64,000 bases of DNA from Nematocida ausubeli. Lineage: Eukaryota. Positions 11,201-20,890 of the stretch are shown here, piece by piece. Numbering within the stretch: position 1 is the first letter of the stretch; every line of letters starts with the position of its first letter. The position numbers were made by a program, and so were the translations under genes. The stretch spans positions 273,175-337,174 of the forward strand of contig NW_026515636.1 in the NCBI RefSeq assembly GCF_000738915.1. The letters run 5' to 3'. The notes below the pieces were generated by a model, which saw only the letters and a list, made by a program, of their open reading frames with translations, was not told the origin of the DNA and searched no databases.

Positions 11201-11610
11201 GTGGATTAAGTCTTGTCATATTTTATAAAAGTGGATTAAGTCTTGTAAGAGTGGCATAAATTGTGGTAATGCGAATTAAGTAATGAATGAAGTATATTAA
11301 GTAATGAATGAAGTGGATTAAGTTTTGTCATTTTTAGACTAAGGTGGATTAAGTCTTGTCAAAGTGGAAATAGTCTTGCACCAAATGGATTATTTTCTGC
11401 ACTAAGTGGATTAAGTAATAACTCTACTGGATTAGGTCTTGTCATAGATGGAAATAGTCCTGGCATATGCGGATTAAATCTTGTCATGGATGAAAATAAT
11501 CCTGCCCTCTGAGCAGCAAGTTTTTCCACCTGAGCAATATGTCTTGCCCCCTTAGCAATAGATCTTGTCCATTTGGAAATAGTTTTGCTCAATTTGGAAA
11601 TAGTCTTTTT
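11201..11610 (+). repeat. head-to-tail array of the ~21-bp monomer GTGGATTAAGTCTTGTCA / GTGGAAATAGTCTTG
   Basis: Copies at 11201, 11231, 11323, 11344, 11364, 11406 and onward, decaying toward 11610. Confidence 0.85.
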
Positions 11611-11689
11611 CTTGTACCGTACTAGTCTTAGTCTCATTCTATTTTTAATATTTCCAAATTAAGATATATTAATTAATATATCACAAACA

Positions 11690-12505
11690 AGGCATATTAC
11701 ACATAGTGCATTATGTTCTGTCTATATTGTCATTACTTCTTACACTATATGTAATAAATAATGCACTAATTTATGATTAATTAGTGTTGTAATTAAGTGT
11801 GTAATTAATTACACATAGTGTATTATATTGTGAGCAATTAGTCATCACTTATTACACATAGTCTATTAACTTATATCACATATTGCGACTAAATATAACA
11901 CATTTATGCTCATTACTTATTACACATAGTGTATTATATTTTGTCATTCTCACTATTACTTCTTGCACATAGTGTACTATATTTTGTCACAATTAATTAA
12001 TAAATTATAACACAATTTACACAAAGACTTATTACACATAGTATATTATATTCTACCATATATTGCATTACTTATTACAAATACTACTATATATAATGTC
12101 ACAAATATTACCATTACTTTTTACACCACATACAAAAAGTCCTGTCATTTCTACTAAGACTTATTACACATAGTATATTAAGTCCTGCCCACATTAATTA
12201 ATAAATTACAACACAATTATCATCAAGACTTATTATACATAGCACTATATATAATGTCATATATTACATTACTTATTACACATACTACTATAAATAATGA
12301 CCTAACCAATTAATAAATTACACCACATTCATGCTCATTACTTTTTACACATAGTACTATAAATAATGTCATTTCCACCAAGACTTATTACACATACTAC
12401 CATATATAATGTCACAAAATAAGACTAATTACAACACAAATACTTCCATTATTTTTTACATATACTACCATATATAATGTCATTCTCACCAAGACTTAAT
12501 CCACA
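11690..12505 (-). repeat. 44/69-bp periodic array of a palindromic derivative (AAGACTTA-TTACACATAGTATAT-TAAGTCCTG)
   Basis: Unit starts near 12025, 12068, 12112, 12156, 12225, 12268, 12337, 12381, 12447 and 12491. Confidence 0.85.
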
Positions 12506-12545
12506 ATAACCCATAATACATAATAAACCTAATATACTTTTATTC

Positions 12546-13103
12546 TTAATTCAGATAATTGCTAGGATCAAAGTGCAAAGTATTAGACATAGAATAGAAT
12601 GAACAATAATCATCTTTTTTGTTCTTCTTCTTGTTTTTCTCCACATTCTCCTCCCCAAGCACTAATTTATCCAAAGTCTCCAAATCTTCTTCTTTAAACT
12701 CATGCGTATCCTGCATAAAATGTCCATCCCCAGTGTATCCACTGTAATTAGACAGGAAGCATTCATAGTCATCCTTCTTTGTTTCTTTCTTTATAAATAA
12801 TGACTCCAATTCGATTCCTTCTTCTTTCTTCTCTTGTGCCTTCGTGTTTTTCACCTTTGCTCTTTTATTTTGGAACCAAACTTGTACACTCCTGGGGGTC
12901 ATCCTGAGTTTAGTCGCAAGGGCCTTCCTTAAGGTGGCATCTGGCTTTATATTTGTCTCAAATGTCTTCTCTAATAATTCTAATTGTTCTTTGCTTGTTC
13001 TCTTCCTGGGTTTAACGTGGAATGGGTTATAATATGTATTTTTGAATTCTCCTTGTGGTGTCTTATGGAAACTATCGAAATATGAGTCAGGGCTTGTAGT
13101 CAT
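12546..13103 (-). CDS. Homeobox transcription factor
   Basis: KPRKRTSKEQLELLEKTF...MTPRSVQVWFQNKRAK homeodomain. Confidence 0.95.
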   Translation of the reverse strand: MTTSPDSYFDSFHKTPQGEFKNTYYNPFHVKPRKRTSKEQLELLEKTFETNIKPDATLRKALATKLRMTPRSVQVWFQNKRAKVKNTKAQEKKEEGIELESLFIKKETKKDDYECFLSNYSGYTGDGHFMQDTHEFKEEDLETLDKLVLGEENVEKNKKKNKKDDYCSFYSMSNTLHFDPSNYLN

Positions 13104-13279
13104 ATTTTGTTGTTAATTAATTTGTATTTATATGTGTTGAGATTCCTATTTGAGTATTTCCTTAATTGGGTATATTACTTAATTTGGACCTATTAGGTTA
13201 ATTTATGGTGGATTAGTCTATTTATATCTTGGGAATTTGAAATTATTTGAAAATATTACAGGGGTTAATTTTGAAAATA

Positions 13280-13920
13280 TGGACAGGACTTTTTACATGT
13301 TGTGTAAAAAGTAATGGAATATTGGGTGGGACTTATGGTAGGAGGGGGAAAAGTGATGGAATATAGGGTGGGACTTATGGAAGGAGGGGAAAAAGTGATG
13401 GATTTGTGTTTGGATTAGTGGGGATATCCAGGACTTATGGTACTATGTGTAATAAGTAATGTAATATATTACAGAATATATGGTGGGGATGGAATAAATA
13501 ATGAATAAATTGACAAGACTTATGGATAGAGTGGAATAACTCTTGGTGAAAATGGCAGGACTTTTTATATGTGGTGTAATAAATAATGAATATGTGGTGT
13601 ATTTAGTTATATATTGCAGAAATTATGGATATTAAGGAAAAAGTAATTAATAAATGAGTAGGACTTTTTATATGTGGTATAAGAAGTAATTAATAAATTG
13701 ACAAGACTATTTATATGTGGTGCAATAAGTAATGTAATATATGACAGAATATAATACACTATGTGTAATAAATAATGTAAATTATGGTGTAATTAGTCAG
13801 GGTATGCATAATATAATACACTATGTGTAAGAAGTAATGAATAAATTGACAAGACTTATGGATATTAAGGAAAAAGTAATGACTAATTATTCATAATATA
13901 ATACACTATGTGTAATAAGT
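13280..13920 (+). repeat. palindromic-unit array, inverted relative to 11690-12505
   Basis: ACACTATGTGTAATAAGT and GACAAGACTTATGG units are reverse complements of the left-hand array. Confidence 0.85.
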
Positions 13921-14029
13921 TATGGAGGTATTTTGGATGTAGTTGGCCGGAGATGCCCCCATTGAATGGAAGTGATTGCTTGCTGTCATACAGGGAATAG
14001 TGACATATTTGAACAAATTATTTTTATTA

Positions 14030-14560
14030 GGTGACAAGACTTATGACACATAGTGTAACAAGTTGTGATTATTTGGACAAGACTTATGACAGGTGGAAAA
14101 AGTCTTGAGCAGGGGAATAAAAATGGATGGGACTATTGTGACAAGACTATTTCTACTTAGGGCAAGACTTATTACGCAGGGGACAAGACTATTTCCACTT
14201 AGGGCAGAATATATTACGCAGGGGACAAGACTATTTCCACCTATTACAGGACTTATTACGCAGGAGACAAGACTATTTACACTTAGCGCAGGACTTATTA
14301 CTCAGGGGACAAGACTATTTCCGTGCTAGACAAGACTTAATATACTTTTTATAAATTGGACAAGACTTAATCCACTCCTTCCCAAAAATGACAAGACTTT
14401 TTATACATACCACATTATATTCTGTCACTTTCACCAAGACTTATTCCACACATGCCATAAATAATGTCACAAAATAAGACTAAATACAACACAATCACAT
14501 CCAAAACTTATTCTCCTAGTGCCATAAATAATGTCACAAATGACAAGACTTAATCCACCA
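14030..14560 (-). repeat. array of the 21-bp monomer in reverse orientation (ACAAGACTTAATCCAC / ACAAGACTATTTCCAC)
   Basis: 21-bp periodic copies at 14140-14340, mixed units to 14560. Confidence 0.85.
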
Positions 14561-14561
14561 T

Positions 14562-14807
14562 CTAAAACATATTACTTATCATACATAATAATATATTAAT
14601 CTTGTCTTGTTCACCACCCCGTAATATAACTTCAATTAGACGCTTCACTACTTCCACTTTCCTGCGCTCGTCGCCCCCGCCCACTATCCCTTCCAACCTC
14701 CCAATTAAACTGACTAAATAACACTCCCTTTCAATGGAATTCTTCCTGTCCCGTTGTAATAATGTATCCACAATCCTCTGCAGAATTAGTAACCCTTCTG
14801 CTTGCAT
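14562..14807 (-). CDS. small hypothetical protein (81 aa)
   Basis: Non-repetitive ATG ORF divergent from 14887 with AT-rich start context. Confidence 0.6.
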   Translation of the reverse strand: MQAEGLLILQRIVDTLLQRDRKNSIERECYLVSLIGRLEGIVGGGDERRKVEVVKRLIEVILRGGEQDKINILLCMISNMF

Positions 14808-14886
14808 GAATAAAATTTTAAAACATTTCTTAACAATGTCTCAGTCATAATATAAATATAACAGAATATAACCAGATACAACAAGA

Positions 14887-15450
14887 ATGCAAGATAAATT
14901 ACCAATTAATTTCTTAAATTTAGAAATAGAACCCTTCACTCAAAAATCTTTCACAGAAATTATAAATGAATCGTTTAAAAACAATTTATCGCATGTGATT
15001 GCAAAAGTATTTTTAAAAAATGAACAAAAACCCGTTATTTATGATGCCAGAATACTGTGCAAGTACCTATTTGAGCTGATAATCTCACAGGAAGGACGCA
15101 CTGTCCGGCTTAAGCGCGTAAATGACCCAATTAATGATAAAATAATCAAGGATATTTTATTCTATGAGATACCCGTTAGAAGTAAAGATGGTTTAGATGG
15201 GAAATACATTGGAAATCAGAAGGATTTCTTGGAATCAACTAGTTTTAGGTCTAAAATATTCAATAGAAATGATCCCTTTGACTCCCTTAGCATTAATTTC
15301 TTGTTTAAAGATAAGAAAAAGGTTGGTAGGAGGCCATTCCTGCTGATAGGGATATCATTCACAATATTGTGCATTATATTCTTATCATGCACATATACAG
15401 TACTGCATACTAGTAGACTCATAGACCCAATTAAGAAATACTTGAAATAA
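14887..15450 (+). CDS. conserved microsporidian/fungal protein with C-terminal membrane anchor (possibly DUF5092-like)
   Basis: EPFTQKSF...HVIAKV...YDARILCKYLF...DPINDKII...FYEI; hydrophobic C-terminal helix; family name is from memory only. Confidence 0.7.
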   Translation: MQDKLPINFLNLEIEPFTQKSFTEIINESFKNNLSHVIAKVFLKNEQKPVIYDARILCKYLFELIISQEGRTVRLKRVNDPINDKIIKDILFYEIPVRSKDGLDGKYIGNQKDFLESTSFRSKIFNRNDPFDSLSINFLFKDKKKVGRRPFLLIGISFTILCIIFLSCTYTVLHTSRLIDPIKKYLK

Positions 15451-15494
15451 AGTCAGGTTATATTTATTATATTATATGGGGAATATATTTTGGA

Positions 15495-15650
15495 CTAAGT
15501 GGATTAAGTCTTGTCATTTTGGGAATATATTTTAGTAATGTGGATTAAGTCTTGTTATTTTTGGGAAGGAGTGGAATAAGTTTTGTATAATGTGGAATAA
15601 GTTCTGTATAATGTGCAATAAGTTCTGTATAATGTGGAATAAGTCTTGTC
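15495..15650 (+). repeat. 21-bp monomer array
   Basis: GTGGATTAAGTCTTGTC and GTGGAATAAGTTCTGTATAAT copies. Confidence 0.85.
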
Positions 15651-15855
15651 AGTGTCCCATAATTAGTCTTATTTCTTTTGGTAAAATAAGTAAGGATATG
15701 GCTGTGCTAGATATAATGACTGATGACTTGTCTGTTTCTAAGTGTATATTCTCTCTTCTGTCTATTCCCCTGAGTGTCCCATTGATTCTTGTGCCCTTCT
15801 TTAATTCTACTGTTATGTGCATGTCTATTGCTTCGTATAGCCACTGCGTATACAT
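15649..15855 (-). CDS. Sm/Lsm-fold protein (SmD1/SmD3-like), reduced
   Basis: ITVELKKGTRINGTLRGIDRRENIHL is an Sm1 motif; IISSTAISLLILP is a divergent Sm2. Confidence 0.75.
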   Translation of the reverse strand: MYTQWLYEAIDMHITVELKKGTRINGTLRGIDRRENIHLETDKSSVIISSTAISLLILPKEIRLIMGH

Positions 15856-15900
15856 AAAAAAGATATTCTATGAGGCATATATTATTTCGGGCATATATTG

Positions 15901-16528
15901 TGCACCAAGTGGATTAAGTTATGACAAAGTGGATTAAGTTCTGTCTAGTTAGCCATAAGTCTTGTCAATGTGGATTAAGTTCTGCACTAGGTGGAAATAG
16001 TCCTATAATATGTGGAAATGGGCTTGCATCAATTCGCAGAACCTGAATTTCCCGCCTTTTTCTGATTTTTCCCGCCCTTTTTCCCGCCCTTTTTCCCGCC
16101 CTTTTTTGTCTTTTTCTGATTATTTCCCGGTAATTATTTCCATTTTGGGACGGAGGGAAATGCCCGCCCAAGGCACAAAGTGGAATAAAAGCCCTTTCCA
16201 GGTCAGAGAAGAATATTTAGGCGGGCTATTATGCGGCACAATTTTGTTCTGTTTTGGGAAATATCCTAAAAAGGAAATTCCTTTTAGGGCCTTTCCTAAA
16301 ACAGTAATACCCTATGTGGTAATACTCTATATGGTAATACTAAATTGAGTAATTTCCTTATTTGGAATTTGCGCGGGCTACTTCCTTTTTGGGGCATCCT
16401 GGTTTGGGTTTGAGAATAATACAAGACTATTTCCACATTGTATAGGACTATTTCCACCTATGACAGGATTTATGGCTAGTTAGACAGAACTTAATCCGTG
16501 GTAGACAAGACTTAATCCACTTGGTGCA
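15901..16528. repeat. ~110-130 bp imperfect inverted repeats (15901-16029 and 16419-16528) enclosing a GC-richer non-coding core
   Basis: Reverse complement of the right arm aligns colinearly with the left arm; the left arm has one extra monomer. Confidence 0.8.
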
Positions 16529-16564
16529 GGACTTAATCCACCCCAATAATCAAAATATACGCTG

Positions 16565-16748
16565 AATATAGACTAACTAATACTCTCTATTATACTTAGT
16601 ATACTCCCACTGTAATATAGACTAACTCATCCTTCCTGTTATACTTAGTATACTCTCTGTTGTATTTAGTCATATCCTGTTATAATATAGACTAACACAT
16701 ATATTCCCGTTATACTTAGTATACTCCCTGTTGTAATATAGACTAATA
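16565..16748 (-). repeat. second satellite family (CTGTTGTAATATAGACTAA / TTATACTTAGTATACTC)
   Basis: Four AATATAGACTAA copies and three ATACTTAGTATACTC copies. Confidence 0.75.
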
Positions 16749-16774
16749 TGAATATGAATAAATTTAACTTTACT

Positions 16775-18460
16775 TTATTTCTTCCATACGAATTTGTTTG
16801 CTTTAGGGGCCTCTTCTGGCTCTTCTTTTTCTCTTTTATTCCAAACAGGAACCCCTTCACTTTCATTTTTCTTGAAATTATTGAACTGAAGGAAATTTGA
16901 TTCACGGGTTGGTGGTCTATACACCCCCGACTGGTCATCTTCTGGTGCTTGTGCAATAAATTCTGTCTTCTTTACTTTCCAGTGGACTTTTTCTTCTTCT
17001 TGTGGGAACTTCTCTGTGAATTTCTCTGGTTGTTTTTCCGTTATTCTTTCAGGTATTTGTTTTGATTCGGATAATTTTGATTCTGGCAATAATTTCATTA
17101 ATTTTTCCATTAATTCCGTTACAACAGGATTTGATTCTACAATAATTTCCAGGGCTAATAATTGCTTTTTCTTTGCAATTTTAAACCTGTCATTTATAAC
17201 TGCCAATTCAGCCACTCTAACTCTGTCTAATTGGTTATTTTCATTAATAAAATTTTGATTATTCTTTAATGAATTCTTTAACGTATTCCTTAATAAATAT
17301 TCTCTCCTTTCAAAAAGCACCATTATTTTGCTCTTAAACTTCTTCAGGTCACCCTTCACTATACTCTGCTTAACCTGAGATACCCCTGGGTTTCCCATTG
17401 CAGTACTCTTCTTAACTGTATCTATCTCAGCATATCCCTTAACACGGTCTATTTTAGCAGCTGCGCCATAATCTTTGTCTAACTCGCTTATGTAATCTAT
17501 GTATGTGCTGGATGTATTTCCCTCACCCACAGATAGTATCCCATTTTTATACGTATAGCTTAACCTGTGCATTTTCAAGAATGAAATTCTATCAATTAAT
17601 TCATCTACGTCCTGTATACTCACAGAACTATTAATCACACTAGTATACCACTGCCAATTATTCACCTCCATCTTATCCATACTGCAAGATATATTGCTGC
17701 TGGGCACAGGTTCAACTCCCCCTTCTTGTGAACTATTTTTAGTTTTATGACCAGGTTCAACTCCCCCAATATTTTTTGTATTTATGTATTTATCATAATC
17801 CGTTATTACTTTTTGATATTTTTGATATTTCAATATTTCCTTATCCGGTAATATTTCCATATATGGTAATAATAACCTTATTATATTACCATACATCCTA
17901 TAATTATTTTGAAAATATTTCAAAAATAATGCAAACCTTATTATATTAATTTCTGGACTAATTTTCACCAAATCCCCAAATTTACCAGAAATATTCAATA
18001 TCATGCGATACGACTCATAATAATAACCATACACATACAATACATGCACATACTCCATTAATACATCCACATCACATATATACTTAATAATATTACTAAT
18101 ATTACATATACTTATTATATCAATAAGTTTATACAATATTACCTTATTATGTAAATTAAGTGTAAGAAGGTGTAATAGATTAGACTCTACAATTAAATTA
18201 TCACAGCCAGGTTCAACTCCCCCTCCCTCTCTACTTTTTATTTCGCATTTGCACTCCTTCCCCTGCAATATATTACACGCCCTGTATGTTATACTGTTAC
18301 TATTTATATTATTAATATAATAAAGTATGAACCTGTTGTAATTAGGGGTGGTCCTTAATTTATTAATTATCCTGCATATTCCTAGCGTATTTGCCATATT
18401 ATATAAGCCAGATAGATCAACATTACTTATGTCCGTGGTAATTAGTGCATCTGCCCCCAT
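16775..18460 (-). CDS. AT-rich 561-aa protein, possibly a highly divergent eIF3 subunit A
   Basis: Helical N-terminal half, charged coiled coil and GVYRPP in the C-terminal tail; the ORF is solid, the product tentative. Confidence 0.5.
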   Translation of the reverse strand: MGADALITTDISNVDLSGLYNMANTLGICRIINKLRTTPNYNRFILYYINNINSNSITYRACNILQGKECKCEIKSREGGGVEPGCDNLIVESNLLHLLTLNLHNKVILYKLIDIISICNISNIIKYICDVDVLMEYVHVLYVYGYYYESYRMILNISGKFGDLVKISPEINIIRFALFLKYFQNNYRMYGNIIRLLLPYMEILPDKEILKYQKYQKVITDYDKYINTKNIGGVEPGHKTKNSSQEGGVEPVPSSNISCSMDKMEVNNWQWYTSVINSSVSIQDVDELIDRISFLKMHRLSYTYKNGILSVGEGNTSSTYIDYISELDKDYGAAAKIDRVKGYAEIDTVKKSTAMGNPGVSQVKQSIVKGDLKKFKSKIMVLFERREYLLRNTLKNSLKNNQNFINENNQLDRVRVAELAVINDRFKIAKKKQLLALEIIVESNPVVTELMEKLMKLLPESKLSESKQIPERITEKQPEKFTEKFPQEEEKVHWKVKKTEFIAQAPEDDQSGVYRPPTRESNFLQFNNFKKNESEGVPVWNKREKEEPEEAPKANKFVWKK

Positions 18461-18499
18461 GGTAATAAAAAAATATAAAATATTTATAAATACAACAGG

Positions 18500-18990
18500 G
18501 GTAGACTAATTCATTACTAGTTAGTCATAAATACAGTGGGAATAGACTAAATACAGTGGGAGAGTGAGTTAGTCTATATTACAACAGAATATAAATAGTA
18601 TATATTACAACAGGGAATAGGAGTTAGTCATAAATACAACAGAATATAATAGTTAGTCTATATTACAACAGAATATAAGTTAGTCACAAATACAACAGGA
18701 TAGAGTAATTATGGATATATAAGGGGTATATATGGGATATGACTAATTACAACGGGAAATTAGTCTATTTTACAACAGGATAGAATAAATATACTAAATA
18801 TAATAGAATTACACAGAATAGACTAAATACACTGGGAATATACTAAATATAACAGGAAATAGACTAAATACAACAAGAATATATGAGTTAGTCATAAATA
18901 CAGTTGGAATATAACAGGAAATAGACTAAATACAACAGGAATATAAGTTAGTCTATATTACAGTGGGGTTAGACTAAATACAGTGGGAAT
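18500..18990 (+). repeat. second satellite family, inverted relative to 16565-16748 (TTAGTCTATATTACAACAG / AGACTAAATACAACAG)
   Basis: Many TTAGTC(T/A)...ACAACAG and GACTAAATAC copies. Confidence 0.8.
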
Positions 18991-19003
18991 ATTTTAATAT
19001 TTT

Positions 19004-19300
19004 ATGTTTCGTGTTATGAAGGGCGTGGAAGAAGTGGGCCGCGTATTTCTTATGAATGAAATATTATCCTGTTGTAATTTACGACTAAATAAGTCATCTA
19101 CACTGTGGAATGGGTTATTTACGTATTATATACAGGGGGGAATGGGATATTTCAAGGCAGGAATGTATTCTGGGTATTTTTTTGGTGAAAAATCGGATAA
19201 GTTGGTGATTAGGGGTATTAAAGGGGGTCTAACGGGTGTATCCATGGGTGTAACAGGGTTATTAGGGCGTAAGTTAAGTGAGAGACTTTATCGCATGTGA
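19004..19300 (+). CDS. small Gly-rich protein (98 aa), possibly Tim17/Tim22-family-like
   Basis: Unique ORF between repeat arrays, T-rich start context, several GxxxG motifs. Confidence 0.45.
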   Translation: MFRVMKGVEEVGRVFLMNEILSCCNLRLNKSSTLWNGLFTYYIQGGMGYFKAGMYSGYFFGEKSDKLVIRGIKGGLTGVSMGVTGLLGRKLSERLYRM

Positions 19301-19309
19301 TATGGTTGG

Positions 19310-19610
19310 TTATGCAGAATATATGGTACTAGTGGATTAAGTCTTGATAGAATTGACAGGACTTAATATGTGGGTGTAATAGGTAATGAATATGTGTTGT
19401 ATTTAGTCATATATGACAAGACTTATGGATAGTGTGGAATAAGTAATGGATAATATGACAGGACTTATGGACAGGGTATAAAAAGTCTTGAATATTTCAT
19501 AAGTAGATTAAGTCTTGTCAGTTTCAGGATAAAGTGGATTAAGTCCTGTCACTTACGCCATATATTCTGTACAATGTGGATTAAGTCCTATACAATGTGT
19601 AATAAGTCTT
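19310..19610 (+). repeat. palindromic-unit and monomer array
   Basis: GACAAGACTTATGGATAGTGTGGAATAAG and GTGGATTAAGTCCTGTC copies. Confidence 0.85.
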
Positions 19611-19628
19611 GCCTACATTTAACTATTT

Positions 19629-20345
19629 TTATTTATTTCCAAGATGTAATATTATTAATACAATAGAAAGTATCATAATAAATAATGAAATAAACCCTTT
19701 CATTCTACTTTTGCTCTCTGTTCCCTTTCTAAGGTACCCCCGACTGATCTTGACATCCACAGATGCAGTCTTTGTCTTATTAATTATGACATCAATGCGC
19801 TCATCCTGCAGGAATAATTCTTCTGTTATAAGGCGTTGTAATACGTCTATCTCAGATACTTTCCTGTTGATCTTAAGCAATTCTCTGTCTGATAGTCTGG
19901 CTCGCTCTAAAATTCTGTCATTTTCTTCTTGCAAGGTCTGCAATAAAATGGGTTTTGGCTTTACCACGGAGGATCTTTCTGGTTCTAGGGCAATATTAAG
20001 GGAGACCCTTGTTCTTTTTGCTTTGACTTCTTCTAGCTTGATTTCTGTGCGTTTTATTAGGGCTAGTAGGTTTGTTATTATGTTTTTGTAATATGTAATA
20101 TTATTTTGTTCTAGAAGGTGGATGGTTTTGATGCACTCCTGGATACCCGATTTTATGGTGGGTTCGAATTCAGAATAATTTATTATTCTTTTTGTTTTTA
20201 ATTCTGTATATGCAGAATTTAAGGTAATTCTTAGGTCCCTGGATATATTTAGTAAGGATGTAAGGGGGGAGTCTTGTATTGAATTATTCTGTTGGGGAAT
20301 TCCTGTTGTATTTATGGTGTCTCTGAATTCTTTTGTTCTGTCCAT
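19629..20345 (-). CDS. ER syntaxin (Ufe1/STX18-like Qa-SNARE)
   Basis: N-peptide MDRTKEF; LQTLQEENDRIL and SEIDVLQRLITEELFLQDERID match the STX18 pattern; C-terminal TM. Confidence 0.75.
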   Translation of the reverse strand: MDRTKEFRDTINTTGIPQQNNSIQDSPLTSLLNISRDLRITLNSAYTELKTKRIINYSEFEPTIKSGIQECIKTIHLLEQNNITYYKNIITNLLALIKRTEIKLEEVKAKRTRVSLNIALEPERSSVVKPKPILLQTLQEENDRILERARLSDRELLKINRKVSEIDVLQRLITEELFLQDERIDVIINKTKTASVDVKISRGYLRKGTESKSRMKGFISLFIMILSIVLIILHLGNK

Positions 20346-20374
20346 AAAATATTTTATATTTTATTATTTATGCA

Positions 20375-20890
20375 TTAAGTCTTGGTAATGTTTATGTTGT
20401 AATTAGTCGTATTTTATGACAAGACTTATGGCACTATAATATTAGTGGGTATTAGTGTATATAATGTGTATATATAGTGTATATACAGGATATATAATGG
20501 GTATTATTGGTTATATTTTGTTATTATTAGATTATTATTAGCGGATTAAGTCTTGTCAATTTTATAGAATGTGGATTAAGTCTTGTCATTTTTAAGTTAA
20601 AGAGGAAAAAGTCCTGCATAAAGTTGTAATACATTTATTATTGTGCCATAAGTCTTGTCAAAGTGGATTAAGTCTTGTCCAATTTATATAATGTGGATTA
20701 AGTCTTGTCATATATTACACAATTTATTCCACTAGTACTGTAAGTCCTGCCACTTCTATCATTACTTAATCCACTAGTGCCATATATTCTGCAATATACG
20801 ACTAAATACACTACAAATCCATTACTTTTTATACCACATATAAAAAGTCCTGTTATATTCACCAAGGCTTAATCCACTGGTGCCATAAGT
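20375..20890. repeat. monomer array (G-rich orientation to ~20710) followed by a C-rich palindromic-unit array
   Basis: GTGGATTAAGTCTTGTC at 20572, 20663 and 20693; CCACTAGTGCCATA units after 20725. Confidence 0.8.

Noticed and set aside
11359..11637. 92-aa ORF (also 14093-14329, 15590-15937, 21116-21388)
   Set aside because: These are largely translations of the 21-bp repeat (TRLFP, WNKFC and RTYGTSG reiterations); open frames follow from the period being a multiple of three
16203..16215. U6 snRNA-like CAGAGAAGA
   Set aside because: Lacks the preceding A of ACAGAGA and the downstream AGC triad and internal stem-loop
15965..16348. ORFs over the GC-rich core (RAGK and FSRP repeats)
   Set aside because: Non-ATG starts and peptide repeats that derive from the 12-bp DNA tandem
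17700..17775. tRNA genes at the GGTTCAACTCCC motifs
   Set aside because: No acceptor stem, D-arm/A-box or anticodon arm recognisable; the motifs lie inside a long ORF
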